From Owenia fusiformis (Eukaryota), in contig CAIIXF020000001.1 in NCBI GenBank assembly GCA_903813345.2, forward strand, positions 38,812,001 to 38,876,000: a DNA stretch of 64,000 nt, read 5' to 3'. Positions 1 to 13,861 of the stretch are shown here, in pieces. Under the pieces are notes generated by a model, which worked only from the letters and a program-made list of their open reading frames with translations, was not told the origin of the DNA and did not search any database. The translations under genes and the position numbers were made by a program. How positions within the stretch are numbered: the first letter of the stretch is position 1; each line of letters begins with the position of its first letter.

Positions 1-992
1 AAACGTTAATACCCGCCTAAGTAAAAAACCTAAGCATGTGTTTCATATATTATTTTTAAGCTTTTTAATGCGCGTTTCAGTGATACTATTTTTGCTCGAA
101 AATTTCGATTTGATCTACCTTTTTAAAGTTAAAACTACCCCAACATCGAAAAATTCGTTGTACGTAACACTTTACCTTTAAACGGTTCGTTGAAATTAGG
201 ATAACTTTTGAAATGATAATCAGAATCCCATGAAATTTTCAGATTTTGTTAGAATGAAATAAAATGTATTTCCGAACCTTGTTGGAACTTTTTCCCCCAT
301 TGAACTATGTGTAAAAGCCTCTTTACGTTTGAATTTTTATTTACTTACCTCCAAATTTTCTCAATTTTTTTCCTCAATTACAATAGGTCGAAAATTGATG
401 ATAAATTTGATGAACTTTTGAAAATCGTCATTCACATGTAATCCAATGGGAAATGGAGGGTTTGGGGCAAATCAAAAATCAGGATATCTTTTCAGTAAAA
501 GATTCAGCAAAAAATAATTTTATGTAGAAAATTGAATTGTCTAACTTTTTTGAACATTAAGTGTTTAGTTTATTTGATGAATATTAAAGTTACAGCGCTT
601 CAAAGTCATTTTTGAAAATAATTTTTCGCCCTTTGTGTTATTTCAATGGGAGAGGTTTTTTGAAAAACAATTTTGACTTTAAAGCCCTATAACTTTGTTG
701 AACCTGAAGAAACATATCAATTTTTTGTTAAATAAAGTTAGCAAATTAGCCTGCCTAACTCGTATTTTTTGCAAGGACTCGGATAGATGGATATTCTGTC
801 ATATGACTTGCGGCAAACCTACCATTTCCCATTGGTTAACATGGGAACGTCGATTTTCAAAAATTCATCAAATTTATCATCAATTTTCGACCTATTGTAA
901 TTGAGGAAAAAAATTGTGAAAATTTGGAGGTATTGGAATTAAAGTCAAATTACGTTTCCATCAATAGTATAAGTATTTTCATCGCAGGTTAA

Positions 993-1350
993 AGGTGCTA
1001 CAAATAGTGCAGGGGGGCCATTCAACGATCATCGACAAGTGTCAAAATATATTTAGGTTTGGATATTTCATCAAGACTAACATATATTTTCATTATCTAC
1101 AAAGAAACCCTCTGGATGAACATTATTTCAGCTGATATTCCTCTTGAAACATGGTGGATCTTAAAAATCTACAAATGGGACTCCCTTTATAGAGGCTTTG
1201 AATTGAATTTACACTTCTTAATGCTGAAATTGATAGTTTATACATACATTTTATGAAAATAGGTATGTCAAAGAAGGTATTAAGCCAAATATTGACCTGA
1301 TAGCTCAGAAAAAATAAGAAATTTCGAATTTTCTCTCTCTTATTGCCCCT
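993..1350. mobile_element. Non-autonomous TTAA-inserting DNA element (Kolobok/piggyBac-like)
   Basis: TTAA at 989-992 and 1351-1354, with ends AGGTGC.../...GCCCCT. The empty site (gcaggTTAAgtaaat) is present in the sister MITE copy near 16255. Confidence 0.7.
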
Positions 1351-1395
1351 TTAAGTAAATAAAAATTCAAAGGTAAAGAGGCTTTAACACGTAGT

Positions 1396-1930
1396 TCAAT
1401 TCAATTCAATTCAATTTCAATTCACTTTATTTCAAATGTTCCAAATACAGTGTTTTACATTGACATGAAAAGACACCCCGAGGGGTGTATAAGTTTCATG
1501 TTTAACATACAATATAGCATTTATTAAATTAACAGTCAGGTTATATGGAAACAAAAAAATGACAAAGCATAAAATGCATCACAATAAAATACAAGTAATG
1601 AGAAGAAAGCATTTTTCAAAGAAGATCTAATAATGACTTAGCAAATCAAACTTTAACTTTCGTTCAAATGATTTGATATGTTTAGACTTTTTGAGATCAA
1701 GTGAAAGAGTGTTGTAAATGATAACTCTCAAGAATTTCTTTTGCAGAACATACAATTTTTGAATAAGAGTTTTTATGGCATTTCCCCATAAAAGGTTACA
1801 ATAGCTTAAGTACGAATATATCATGGAATAATAGATAGTGGTCATTGTATTTAAAGTCAGTCTATGTCTAGTCTTGTAGAGAAGGCCTATCAAGTTAGAA
1901 ATTTTTGTACAGATAGCATTTATGTGAGAT
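1396..1930 (-). mobile_element. 5'-truncated LINE 3' end (CR1/L2-clade-like RT C-terminus)
   Basis: ORF 1627-1950 contains KISNLIGLLYK...IYYSMIYSYLSYCNLLWG...LYVLQKKFLRVI, typical of the post-RT region of CR1/L2-group ORF2. On the minus strand AATAAA is followed by a (TTGAA)n tail at 1396-1431. Confidence 0.75.
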
Positions 1931-2705
1931 GGGGGAAAAAGGGTTGCCAAACTTATGGAGGGGAGTGTATATGCATCTTAATCCTTCATAATTTCCAAAT
2001 TCGATCAGATACCCGAATTTTCTATCCTGAGAAAATAACGGACTGTAAGGGAACAATATTGGTATGCCTTGTGAATAGATTGTTTCCATCAGACATGACA
2101 GATTACCCTCTCTGCTTTGATTGACACTTCAATATATAGAAGAAATGCAATTATATCTTTATTGTAATTATATTTCTTTTATTGCAATATAACTTTTACT
2201 TTTGTGTTAACACATCATGTATATAACATAGGTAAAACTAATGTAAGAATTGCAATAATGTGTATAATTATAGAAGAGCGTTTGTTTTGTTCATAGCAAA
2301 TAATGTATTTAGTATTTACAATAGAAAGAAAATATGATGATAAGTAAATTTATTGCATGATAGACGCTGTTTCCCTGAGTTGTATCTTGATTGTCAATTT
2401 TTTATGCATTGGAAGCTATTCTTGCAGAATTGCGCTGCTTTGTCTTTATATCTTTTTAAGTACTCTATACGTACGATATTTATGTTTGAACAGTATAAAA
2501 ACTTGCATATATCAAGTTATATGTAAACACATATTATAGAACATAACAAAGCACATGCTTAGGTACAGATGCAATTGTCCATATGGATGAAATTGAAATT
2601 AAAGAGCGTTCTGTCATTTTTCCTCGATAGAAGGCTTTCTCTCAAGGAATAAATGATGTCACTATCACTTATGTCATATATTCTATCGGGACTGGAGTAT
2701 GGTGC

Positions 2706-5700
2706 TCACAATTGGGTGACCATCTTAGGTTTATCATCTCCAACTGAAAGTGGACGGAGGCCAACATCATCTTTGAAGCCTTGGTTTATTTGACCATTGC
2801 CTAATGTTTCAAAAGGCTCAGTGTCATCTCTGGAACATTAGAAATACATATGAAGATACATCAGGAATTATTGATTTGGCGGTTATGCAATGCCAATGGA
2901 AACGTCATTATACATGAGGAATGAAAATGGTTGAAAAATTGCCTTGATGTACTAAAGATTTGACTTTTATTCCCGTTGTACCTCATTGGTGAACTGTACG
3001 TTTTTGACCAACAGTCAAAAATAATTTGCAAAATTTAGTGGTAGTCTATACTTATATCTTTATTTTTTATTTTAGTTATATTTGATTATAATCTACACCC
3101 TCAAGAAGGTCAACCAATTTCTCCAAGCTCTTAGGCTCAATCTCTGAACCCATGGGTCTACAACAATTCGAAGAAATTTTAAAATGTCAATATTTTTTGT
3201 CCCTATATTGACATGTATTGCCTAATTTTAAAAAGTATAGCTATGTCTGTCCCATGTCACTTACTCTAATCCAAAACGCTCTCCTTCTTCTAATGTTTCT
3301 GGTAGTTTCTTATCTTTGGTCTCTGGAAGCAAAAACGCTAGAAACCCAGCTGCTAACGAGAAGACACCAAATATAATGGACGGTATTGGTGGCCAGAACT
3401 CGTTCTGAAATGGAGAACACATACATTGGACGTGAATTAATTATTCCAGTATCAAAACATAATTCTCAATTCATTGTTTTATAATATTTCGGTTAATATT
3501 TAAGTGAAAACACAGATTAGACACCACATTTATTATGCAATTTACGAATTTCAAACGTAACAGTGGTGGAGCAGCAGGGTTGGCGTGGTGAGAATCTAGG
3601 AATCATTCGCTTATTTGATGAATGTGTGATCGTTTCAATTGGATTGCATAGCTTTGACTCATTCGTATTGAAATATACATTATCTACAGTTATCAATGTT
3701 CAAGAAATATACATGCTCGATTCAAGTCGTAGGCTAATACCGAGAGACTTAAATAGATATTTTCTCGCAAGTTAGGGTAGGTTAAGTCAAGGATTACATT
3801 CTCACCACGCCATACTGTTGCTACACCACTCAGGATCCTAACGGTTATATGTATACAGATTTTTCAGAAATGTTAGTATTGACGAAGGCATTATACTCAC
3901 CAGTCGGCCTATAAACGGTGAAGCCATTCCGCTTACTCGTGCAGCAGTAGATGCGCTACCCACTCCGACGTTTCGTATACATGTGGGGTAAAGTTCGGCA
4001 CTGAACACGTATATTATGGCAAATGAAGCAGAAAGCATCAGTTTTCCAATCATTGATATCGTATTCAGAACTGCTCCGAGATCTGAAAGTCACAATAATG
4101 ACAGACACTGACTTATCTTCATATTACAATCTGCACGTTAGCGTTTCCAGAAGATATAATGATAAGGGACTTTCTCTGCATTGCTACTGTTTCAATGCGT
4201 TACTTTTTTCTTGTTGTTTTCTACATTATAAACTTCGACTTGACCAATGTACATGCCAATGAATATTGTGAATGGAAAGTATGCCTGGATTTGGGGGCCT
4301 TACCCTTCTTTCTGTATAACAATGGGATACATGCGAGACATGCAGCGCCCCCTGTTATCATCGTGAGTCCCAAGGGCCAGCGCCTGTTCACTCTATCCAA
4401 TGCCACGGCGGCAAGAAGTAGGGCTGGAAACTCCACAAGTGCAGATAAGGTTGTATTCGTATATATATCCCCTGATAGACTCCCTGTATTTAATGATAAC
4501 CCGTAGTAGACCATGGAGTTTACGAACCTGTGGGTGAATGTTTGTATATCATAATTATGAATATTATTAAAATGCCATTTGAACATATTCGCTTCTCTCA
4601 CCACTGGCGGATCCAGTGGGTGACACCAAAATTGTGAAGAGCCTAATTAGTGGGCCTTTTTGGGCATTACAGTAAAAACAGTAAGTAGAGGAGACAAGAC
4701 ATTAAGCCATTTACTTACCAATTGAACCAAATATTGAAGGTCCTGCAACGCAGACGTGGTGTTCTGAAGAGATCCAAAACAGTGCCTTTCACTTCTGTGG
4801 AGTCTGGCACCATCTAAAGATAAGTATTGAAGGATGATTACTACTAGACATTGATATAGAACTGAAATGTGCTTAATATTTCAGACCCGGGACTTCAGAC
4901 TGATTTTTTAGATTATTTACCTTCTCCGTTGATTTCATAGAATGGAATTCTCTCATGGCAACTTCTTTGTTGTCTGTAGATTGTCCATCTTCTTCAGTAT
5001 CAAATGTTAGTTTTTCTGGTAAAGTCTTTTTATTTACTTTTGCTACATTCTTGAGAATTTCAATTGCCTCTTCATGTCGACCTTTTGAAACAAGCCACCT
5101 AGGGGACTCTGGTATAATACTGGAAATAAGTCAAGATAGTATACTGTTTCTATGTTTGTGGTGTCACTAAATCGATAAATGTGTCCACTAGTAGTGTCAG
5201 ATGAAAGACTGTAAAAACCAACTTCCTAGCTAAGAAGAGGCTTAGGCTTTGACTTACTCATCTCGATTTTTAGAATTTGATATTATTTCTACTATGTTCC
5301 AGGTTAGCTGTATTTGTAACATATGTGTCTTCAAATTAACACTAAATAAATTGAAAAATATCTTGAGAAACTGAGGTGGTGGTCTAATAGCAAAAGACAG
5401 AAAAAACACCGATCATTAGTAAATTTTGGGTAGTTTAGATTCCCCACCCTACTAATATGGCCTTGGAATTATTTTCATTTTGGACTCTAAAACTCTTAGG
5501 GACTAATCATAAAATGGGCTTTAATATTTTTTTGAAAACGGGACAAGTTTCTTCGTTCCAAATTTTCAAAATATTTTCAAAATTATACCTCCCCCTCCCC
5601 CCCCCCCTCACATACACACACATTCCCTTGCCAATTTCCAACTTCTGTCCGCCTGATGGATGTTATTCAAAAAGTTATCACTCACAACCAGTAAACTTGC

Positions 5701-8700
5701 AATATAATTGGTGGGATCGCCATAGCAATTTGCAGTTTTCTAAAGTCTCGTATGAAGTATGCCATGAGGGGTAGTAGCGCAAATCCAAGTGAGAAGAACG
5801 CCTGGTACAAGACCCCGCAATACACTCGTGCTTTAGGTCCAATACATTCCATAACTGGAACAGAATAAGGCATTGTTTATGGGACAAGTTGCTACAAGCT
5901 TTTGTTAAATTCAAAAATCAACATACCCCACTATCTATAAATAGGAAACCGAAATTGTCCCATTTGACTGTCTGTTATTGTCCTTGAATTTTCATTACAT
6001 ATTCGACCAAAGTGATTTGACTTTGTAGAGTGTGGCTAGTGGCCACTACCCATATTTGGGTAGTTTGTGTCAACAGCAAAATCCATCATACAAAACCGTT
6101 TTCATCGAATTCGGGTTTCCGTCAATTATCATATGGTAATATAAGAATATTCACGTCCCACATAGTCAAAGCATAAACTGTAGATAGGAATAACTCACTG
6201 AGTACAAATGTGGTTGTAAAGGCTGCTGCAGCTGAAACACTCACGAGAAACCTTATAACTGCCAAGAATGCGTAACTTGTGGCGAATGCCCCAATCAAAG
6301 CAAACACTGTCTCTAAGAACAGACCTATCAGGAACACTTTCTTACGACCAAATCTGGAAATGGATCGAACGGACGAAAGTATACATAAGAGCTACATCCT
6401 AGATGTAATTTGCAATCATTGGACATCGCTAACCCCCATATATTTATTTCGTTGCTAAAAGGCGGATGTACGCCAAGTACACCGCAATGTACATTCGCAG
6501 ACCTATACTACTAGTATACGTACATACCTGTCAGACAATGCTCCAGAAGACACTCCCCCAACAAACATACCGAAGATATATATGGTGCTGAGTAGAGGAA
6601 CTAACGGTGCTCTGTCACATACAAGGTCCCACTGTAAGCACGAACCCAGGTTTTATAAAGCAAAGCAACACTTGTTCAAGACTTTACAAGAGTTATGATG
6701 TGTGTTTAACTTTCACCCACCAAATTAATCAGTGCACCGACAAAAAAAGGCATTTTTGTTTTCTTTTGAATGGAATAAGTTTGAAGAAAAACGGTGCAGT
6801 ATGAGACTCACAATCCTTGATTTTCAAACACCCGTAGGTCTAAGATTCAAATTAACGGTCGTAGTTGGCAACCCGTGAAATCGGGATCATTAAAGGATGA
6901 ATTAGGGATCATGAGATTTTTTCTAAAAAACTTGATGCGAGATTCATATATGTTCACGAGAAAGCTTGCACATTTATAGATCCTTTATATATATAACCAC
7001 CCGTCCCACAGTATGGCAAAAGAATATGGCATAGAGTCTCATAGGCTCAAAATCATCATACACATACAGGAGAATTTCATTAAGAATGCATTTTATATCT
7101 GAAATAACCTAACCATAATTATAAGCTGTCAATGACCTTTCGGGAGATAACTTTCAAGAATACATTTGTACATCGACATTCTATCAATTGCTTGTAGTCA
7201 TGTTGCTTTTTACAACCCCAATATCACCAATCTTCTTATTCGACACAAAGGGCACATACATTCCGATTGTGTCGTGTTTGTAGTTTGGTCACATTGTCTT
7301 CTTGTAAATGAGGATTAGATTGATATGAACTTGTCGTTGAAAAAATAAAGTTGATATCAGTCAAAATGATCTGGTGTAATATTAGGTAACTTTATCATAA
7401 CAAAATGTACGCCGTTGTCATTTAAATATTCCATTCTGCTTTTAAAATGTTGCTGACATTATTGGCCCATTATCACTAGATTCTTTGTGATAACTGGATA
7501 ATTGCATCCTTGTGAGTTAATCATCTGACATGTTAAATCATCTTCGACTTCCAATGTGAGAATAAACAACTGAAATTGAGCAACTGAAACCATGCGAATC
7601 AAGATGATGTCACTAAAAATGTTATTAATATTTTAGGCTCCATCGCGATATACTACTTAGAATGATGAGTGTCAGGTTCTTTGAGATAACTGGATAACTA
7701 CATAATATATCCCCTTGTAAGTTGACCAGCTGACATGCAACTACATAGAAATACATGTTTTTAAAAAGGGGTCCCAAGGGGTATATGCCATCGTGTCCTG
7801 ATGTTTAGAAATGTGATTTTCGTATTTAAAACAATCATGGGCTCTATCAGGTGGTAGAGTCCATGAAACAATAAAACAAACACGAATGCTTCATATTGCC
7901 AATGTGAACTGACTATCTAGTAAATCTCTTAACACCATAGGAAATAATTTAAAGAAAGTGGAAGACATCATTCCGATTGTGTATGATTGCAACTAAGTGT
8001 GACTTGGGTACTGCTCAAACTAGTTTATCGGCTAACATGACATAACATAACATGACAGTTTCATCATTGGTCCAAAGGTATTTCAAGAAAGCAAAGAAGT
8101 CCCATCTTGAAGGATGTAGTACTTTATGATAAATGCCTTTCTAAAGTTGAATACCTGACAAAATCAATATGACGAGAAAAATCATTTGGATTTTAAAAGT
8201 TATTAAAGTGATTCCATTATCCACTCCTGACGAGCCACCGAGAGTTATCAAGAAACGTGTTTTATACCTCACTGAGGATTGTTGACTGATACTGGCTTTG
8301 ATCCCACACCCAAGATGTACATTTTAATTTCGGAGTACTGTCATCGATGCCTTGCACTGTCCTGTTCCAATTGATCAATTCATCGTGCGTATAAGAACTG
8401 TAGCTCAAATTGAACATGAAGCATTGGTCATACCTAAAATGAGACATTCGCAATATTTGAGGCAAAATCTTTTAGTATTTGCGCTCTTTATGTTGTACAA
8501 TTTGTTTTGGATCTAGTGATTTCCCTATGAATGGATCTAAGAAATTCCCTTTGCTTTGACATCGTCCCTATTCTCAGTATTAATTATTTTCAATTTTCTC
8601 ATGTAATAAAATTAAGATTGTGACTGGATACAACAGTATTCACTCCACTCTATTCTTTAGTTCCACTATAATTGAAACAAGGCCCAGAGGAAACTTACTC

Positions 8701-8945
8701 CCGGGAACTTACCGAACGTTGCCATCCGACTCTCGTATTAGGGGTATACCGACCACTTTCTGCTGATTGTGTGTGAGATTTGACAGTTCAGGGATCTTAC
8801 ACCAATGATCCTGTTTTCCTCCAATAAATGTCGTCGCTAAATTCTGGTAGCCGTTTGGTATACCTACTATGCCTAGTAAAATGTATAGCACTAGCTGATA
8901 AGGTCCAAAATGCCCAGTAATTTCAAACACTTCGTCAAACTTCAT
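2706..8945 (-). CDS. SLC22-family organic cation transporter (Orct-like), 11 coding exons, 596 aa
   Basis: Exons (minus): 8713-8945, 8268-8433, 6528-6631, 6199-6353, 5686-5854, 4921-5119, 4719-4813, 4304-4527, 3901-4082, 3265-3404, 2706-2829. All introns are GT-AG and the sum is 1791 nt. Motifs: GHFGPYQ, STILSEWDLVC, LSDRFGRK, PESPRWL, AELYPTCIRNVG, LPETKDKKLPET. The protein ends ...VTQL, a class I PDZ-binding motif. Confidence 0.93.
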
Positions 8946-10511
8946 ATTAGTTATTTAATTATTTAAATTCGAGATATTTACATAGTCATAAACTAATGCT
9001 ATAATTTGATCAGATCATATTCAAATGTGGAAAAAAGTTGTGTCGTTGATATGCTACGTCTGTACGTAGGTGTCCAATGTCCGCATTAATTTATACTCGT
9101 TCAAATCAAACAACTTCCTCCTTGAGTTCTACTAAAGTTCACTAGATTTTTCAATTATACAATGAAACCAATCATGGTCTTTTGCTTGAAGCGTAATGCC
9201 CAAAAATGTATTAAAATCCGAAGATGGTTTTCACATTTCCTTCTAATATATAGTTATACCAACTATCCATCGATAAGATCACTGAATGTTTCGATCTCAA
9301 AAGGGTACACGTTTCTTCTAATGAAAAGTAGCAGTAATAGTCTCTTTCTTTAGTACAATGACACAAGCAAAGTACGTCCAAGCATTGATAATGATGATAA
9401 ACACAATTGACCTTCTTGTCTGTAAATATCTGCCCTGATAACTGCTGATAACTTAAGGACTTAGTTTATAAATTACTAGTATACAGATTGTCTTAAAGAA
9501 TGTTGTGAGAAATTAGAGTCCATTAAGTCAGAGAGTCCAAGAGTACAAACAAGTAACTGGACTTTTCGGGGGTTGATGCAGGACTAGATTTGCAAGAATC
9601 TCAACAAGCTGTTATCTTATAATGTAATATCAATTTACTATTATTGTACGCTTTATTAGTGTTTATACAGTATTACAAATTCCAACACATATTCCTTTAT
9701 CCTTACTAAACTGATATCGTAAATGACACTCATTTATCTGATACAAAAGTCAACCCCCCCCCCCGATAGTAACCCAAATTCCTATTTTTGAAAAACATAT
9801 TTGTCGAATGAACAAAATACATGGGTATGGGTCAGGTATCGGCAAGGCATGAATAAAATAATGAATTTCCACAAAAACAGATTATCAATTAGATATTTTG
9901 GGATATTCATGTTTCAATTTTTATTTTTTTAATCATTTTGTTTAGACTAATAGGTAAACAGTTTGCATTATTACAACTCTCTAGTGCTCTACAATGAAAA
10001 AGATTAGAAAACATGTCACCTGCATTTAAGCTTACGTGTTTAAAATTTGATAAATGTCAGTCTGACATTTGAATTATATAGGCTACCTGACTTAAAATTT
10101 ATTTTTATATGATCACCGAGTCTTATTTTTGTAAATACTTTTTTGTTTTTTCAAAAGTTATTTCTATCAAAGAAATTCAAACGTTCCATTGTGAATCGAA
10201 ATTTCGGTAGCCAGAATGATTTGGAATGGGACGATTTAGAATATATTGTCCACGTGCGTTTGTTTACTTCCGGGTGAAGACCCGCCCATTTTTGAAGACC
10301 ACTTCCATTATTTTAAAAATAGTTTTAAATATGCAAATGTGTACAGTAATTATAGAACAGAAAAATTCAATAGGTGATTTCAAAAATATTACTATTATAC
10401 ATATACACATCATCAAATAAATGATCGAATAAAAGGTTAAAAGGGTTAAAACTTACAGTATCGCATCGCTAATAAGTCTTGTTGTATTGGTTTTAAGGAG
10501 TCCGGAATCAA

Positions 10512-10538
10512 AGGGTCTTAGCAACGTGACATAGCAAC
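10512..10538 (+). promoter_or_regulatory. Tandem RFX X-box-like motifs upstream of the THEG-like gene
   Basis: AGGGTCTTAGCAAC and CGTGACATAGCAAC lie back to back, 19-45 nt before the ATG. Each has a TAGCAAC RFX half-site. Confidence 0.6.
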
Positions 10539-10556
10539 TACAAGCAGAAAGCAAAT

Positions 10557-13500
10557 ATGGCTGCCACGAGTGAGTAAAACTTTTTTTGATTAATTTATTT
10601 TTCATAACTTACCTACATTAGCCAATCTCTATCCCAATGTCTTATGATTTCAGCACAAGGAAGACGATTAGACGTATTAGCGCGTCCGAAACCAATCCCG
10701 TCTGGGATGATTGAAGACAGGTGAGCATAAAAAACGTTCATGTTCTTGAAACTGAAAGTTTTGACAAACTTTTTCAATAGGTCAACCAAATTTTTAAAAT
10801 AATTAAATGCAACTGAGTGAAATAATTTTCTTGTATTAGATAAGAAGTTTAGCCTTGAATATTTTTTGAAAATAGTTTTTCAGAAAAGCATCAAAATACA
10901 AGAGGCCATACATGGTAGTAAATAGGCTTTAGGTTTTTGTACCTAAATAATCTGTCTAAGTTATACAAACGTTGTCGGGGGTCTTACAATTATTTATGAA
11001 TTTAGTAAGTGCAATATCAATAAACGTACATTTCATTAATTTTGTTTGAATAATTTATGAAAGAATGTTATGTAATGCATGGACTTCTAATCCAAGTTAA
11101 TGACTTGAATGAATGAATCAATTAATGAATACACCAGGCACAAATTCATCGATTGATCATTGATTCCGTCTGGAGGTCATATTTCATACAAGTTAGAATA
11201 AATAAATTCACAATGGATCTTTTACAAAATATCAACTCAATTACAGGTTGCTATGTTTCCTTAGTGAGACAAGTGTAGTACTCATATAATGCCACCTTAC
11301 AATTACATTGTTAGATATCATGTAAATGCTTAATTACATCAATGAAATTCATGACAACAATATTGAAGACAAATAAAATATTGACTGTTGCATCACATAA
11401 AATAGATACAGTAAAGAATTGGCTAGAGACTCGAGTAAGACATGATTTTCTGCAAACTGTCTCGACTATGTTATTGTCTAAATGTACTTAGTAAATGTGG
11501 CTACAAATCACATTTCACAAGAGCCACATTTTCATGGGGAATTTAACAACAGATGTGACATTGACCAAAAGTTCAATATAGTTGGACTCTTGATTCTAAA
11601 GGTGACCATGCTTATCATATTCCATTGGGAAACATTGGAACTGGCAGATCTCAACACTTAACTGATTTAGAAATAAACCACTCATGATTACCACTATAAT
11701 TGTTTTATTTACTATGTTGCTATTTTTAGACGCTCTGTGTACTGGGTTGACAAAGTTCCCCCACAACCCAAAGGTGGAACAACAGTGTTTGGTAAGCGCA
11801 ATAATTATTATAACTTAGATCTAAACACATAAACATTTCAAAATACTCGAAATAAGTGCAAAAATTGACATTTGTCTTTTTCAATCAATTTGATATTCTT
11901 GAAAATATGAAAATCATTATGGATTTTGGGGAGCTTTACTTTTTTTTGCCAAATAGAACAGTTCTTACTTACTGTGTACAATTTCATGTACATGTATAAC
12001 ATGACTGTGTGATATTGATCATGCATTATATCTCTAAAACCCATTCTGATACTTTTATTTCAGTTTTAACACCAAGACAGGATCAGCTTGCTCAGACTAA
12101 AAATGTCAATAGCAATTTCAAAGGGGATCTGTAAGTATTTTGAGTTCTCCACTTGACCTTTAACAGAAAAAAACTATTTGTTCATTTTTGAGGAATTTGA
12201 GTCTTTTGTTAAAAATGGTTTCAATTTTTAATAAGGAGTAGTCAGACTGTATGGAATGTGAAAGGCATTTAACTGTCAAATATAAACTGCCATACCTGCT
12301 TAGCTATCATCAATAAAAGGGATTTTTGAATAGAAATATATATTCTACAACAGTAGTAAAATTGGATAATTGGAATTTTCTTTAAAAACAGGAGAAGCAA
12401 GACATTTACTAAAATATTTACTACTATTTGCAAAACTACTAAAAACTAAATAAAAGCTTAATATTCCAAAAAGAAGAATCATAAGAAAACAGAAGATTAA
12501 AAAGGAGAAAACACAGAAAACAAGGACTTTTCCAAAAGAAAACAAGAGCTACGACTTTTTCAAAAGAAAACAGGAGCTACAGCAATAGAAATTAGAGTTT
12601 TAATCCTACAAAATTAGAAAAAATTCATTTTAAAAGTGGAATTTTAAATATAATACTGGAAAAGGCAAAATTTGTGAAAGCTATTTTACTAAGGACACTC
12701 AAGGAGTTGGCAAAATGAAAACTGAGTGTGACAACTATTGTCCCTTCCCATCACAATGACCATGTTATGTACCAGTACACATAAAGCCAATGCTTGTTGT
12801 TATGCAATATTTAACTTGTTAGATTGAACATAACTAAAATTGAATTGAATGATTTGCAGTTTTGCATAGTACCATTATGGATGCCTTTGTGCACTGTTGA
12901 ATATGCCTAAACAATAATGAACTGTAAAGATCAATAGGTCTGGTCAGAGTAATCTTAAGGTCAAGAATAACATGAAATCTACATAGCCAACTTATGCAAT
13001 AATAAATGGTATTGTGGTTCTTTGATGAATAATTGAGCAAAATAAGACATTACAGAAAATCTCTTTTATAACTAAGAAATGTAAGACTAAATCTACTGTG
13101 ACCCATGGACTAATGGTATGAGTGAAGCAAGAAAAATATATACTTTACAAAACTTATGATTAAATGGGAATTTCTTTGACATTGTGGATTCAATTGACAT
13201 ATTATATCAAGTTGACTAGAGTTGTGGTAAATGCTCATACATGTAGTTTTGGCTTTCCTTATACCTGAACATATGTATCTATACTTGCAGGCTGACCCCA
13301 ATATGGAGAGTGAACAAAGCCGCTATGTCAACTGAAGCTAGTCCACGTGTCCAGGCCCTGGCTGAGCACAAGACCGTCCACAGAGAACACAAGATGGAGA
13401 GATCTGTTTACACCAGGGTGACCCCAGGCGCAAGGGGAGGTGAGGCATCAGAAAGGCTAGATGCAATGGCCAAACCTAAACGCTGTGGGACATATGGTCA

Positions 13501-13861
13501 GATCACAGACGGAGATCATTTCTTTCAATTATGGCAGTTACCTATTCCAGTACCAGGACCTGCTAAATATGCATCTTGCACACCACGTGTTGAAGCTCTT
13601 GCTGAGGCAAAAGATTTTAATCCACAATATCATGGAGCTAGGACTATACAGTGGCCTGTCACTGATCCTGCTAAAAAGGCACTAGCTACACTCAGAGTCC
13701 AACAGCTTGCCCGTCCTAAAAGCAGAGGGGGAAACGATGATTATGATCCTTATAGGGTATCAGGTGCAGCTAAGTTGGCACGTGCAACACCAAGAGTTCT
13801 AGAACTTTGTGAACCTATTCCTAGAAAAATCAGACAGAAAAAAGTGTTTGTCAAGGAGTAG
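10557..13861 (+). CDS. THEG-repeat protein (testicular haploid expressed gene / sperm microtubule-associated protein 2-like), 5 exons, 259 aa
   Basis: Exons 10557-10569, 10654-10720, 11730-11791, 12064-12130, 13291-13861. Introns are GT-AG and the sum is 780 nt. Repeated [ST]xRxxxLAxPK motifs (RLDVLARPK, RLDAMAKPK, RVQQLARPK), plus DRRSVYW and WPVTDPAKKALAT, are characteristic of THEG repeats. Confidence 0.85.

Larger units (their letters stand above)
281..1966. mobile_element. Tc1/mariner-type MITE, inverted copy of 16172-17048, interrupted by two younger insertions
   Basis: Body is the reverse complement of the 16172-17048 element. The right TIR is split by a LINE fragment and resumes at about 1931, ending ...AAACTTATGGAGGGGAGTG followed by TA. 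Confidence 0.75.
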
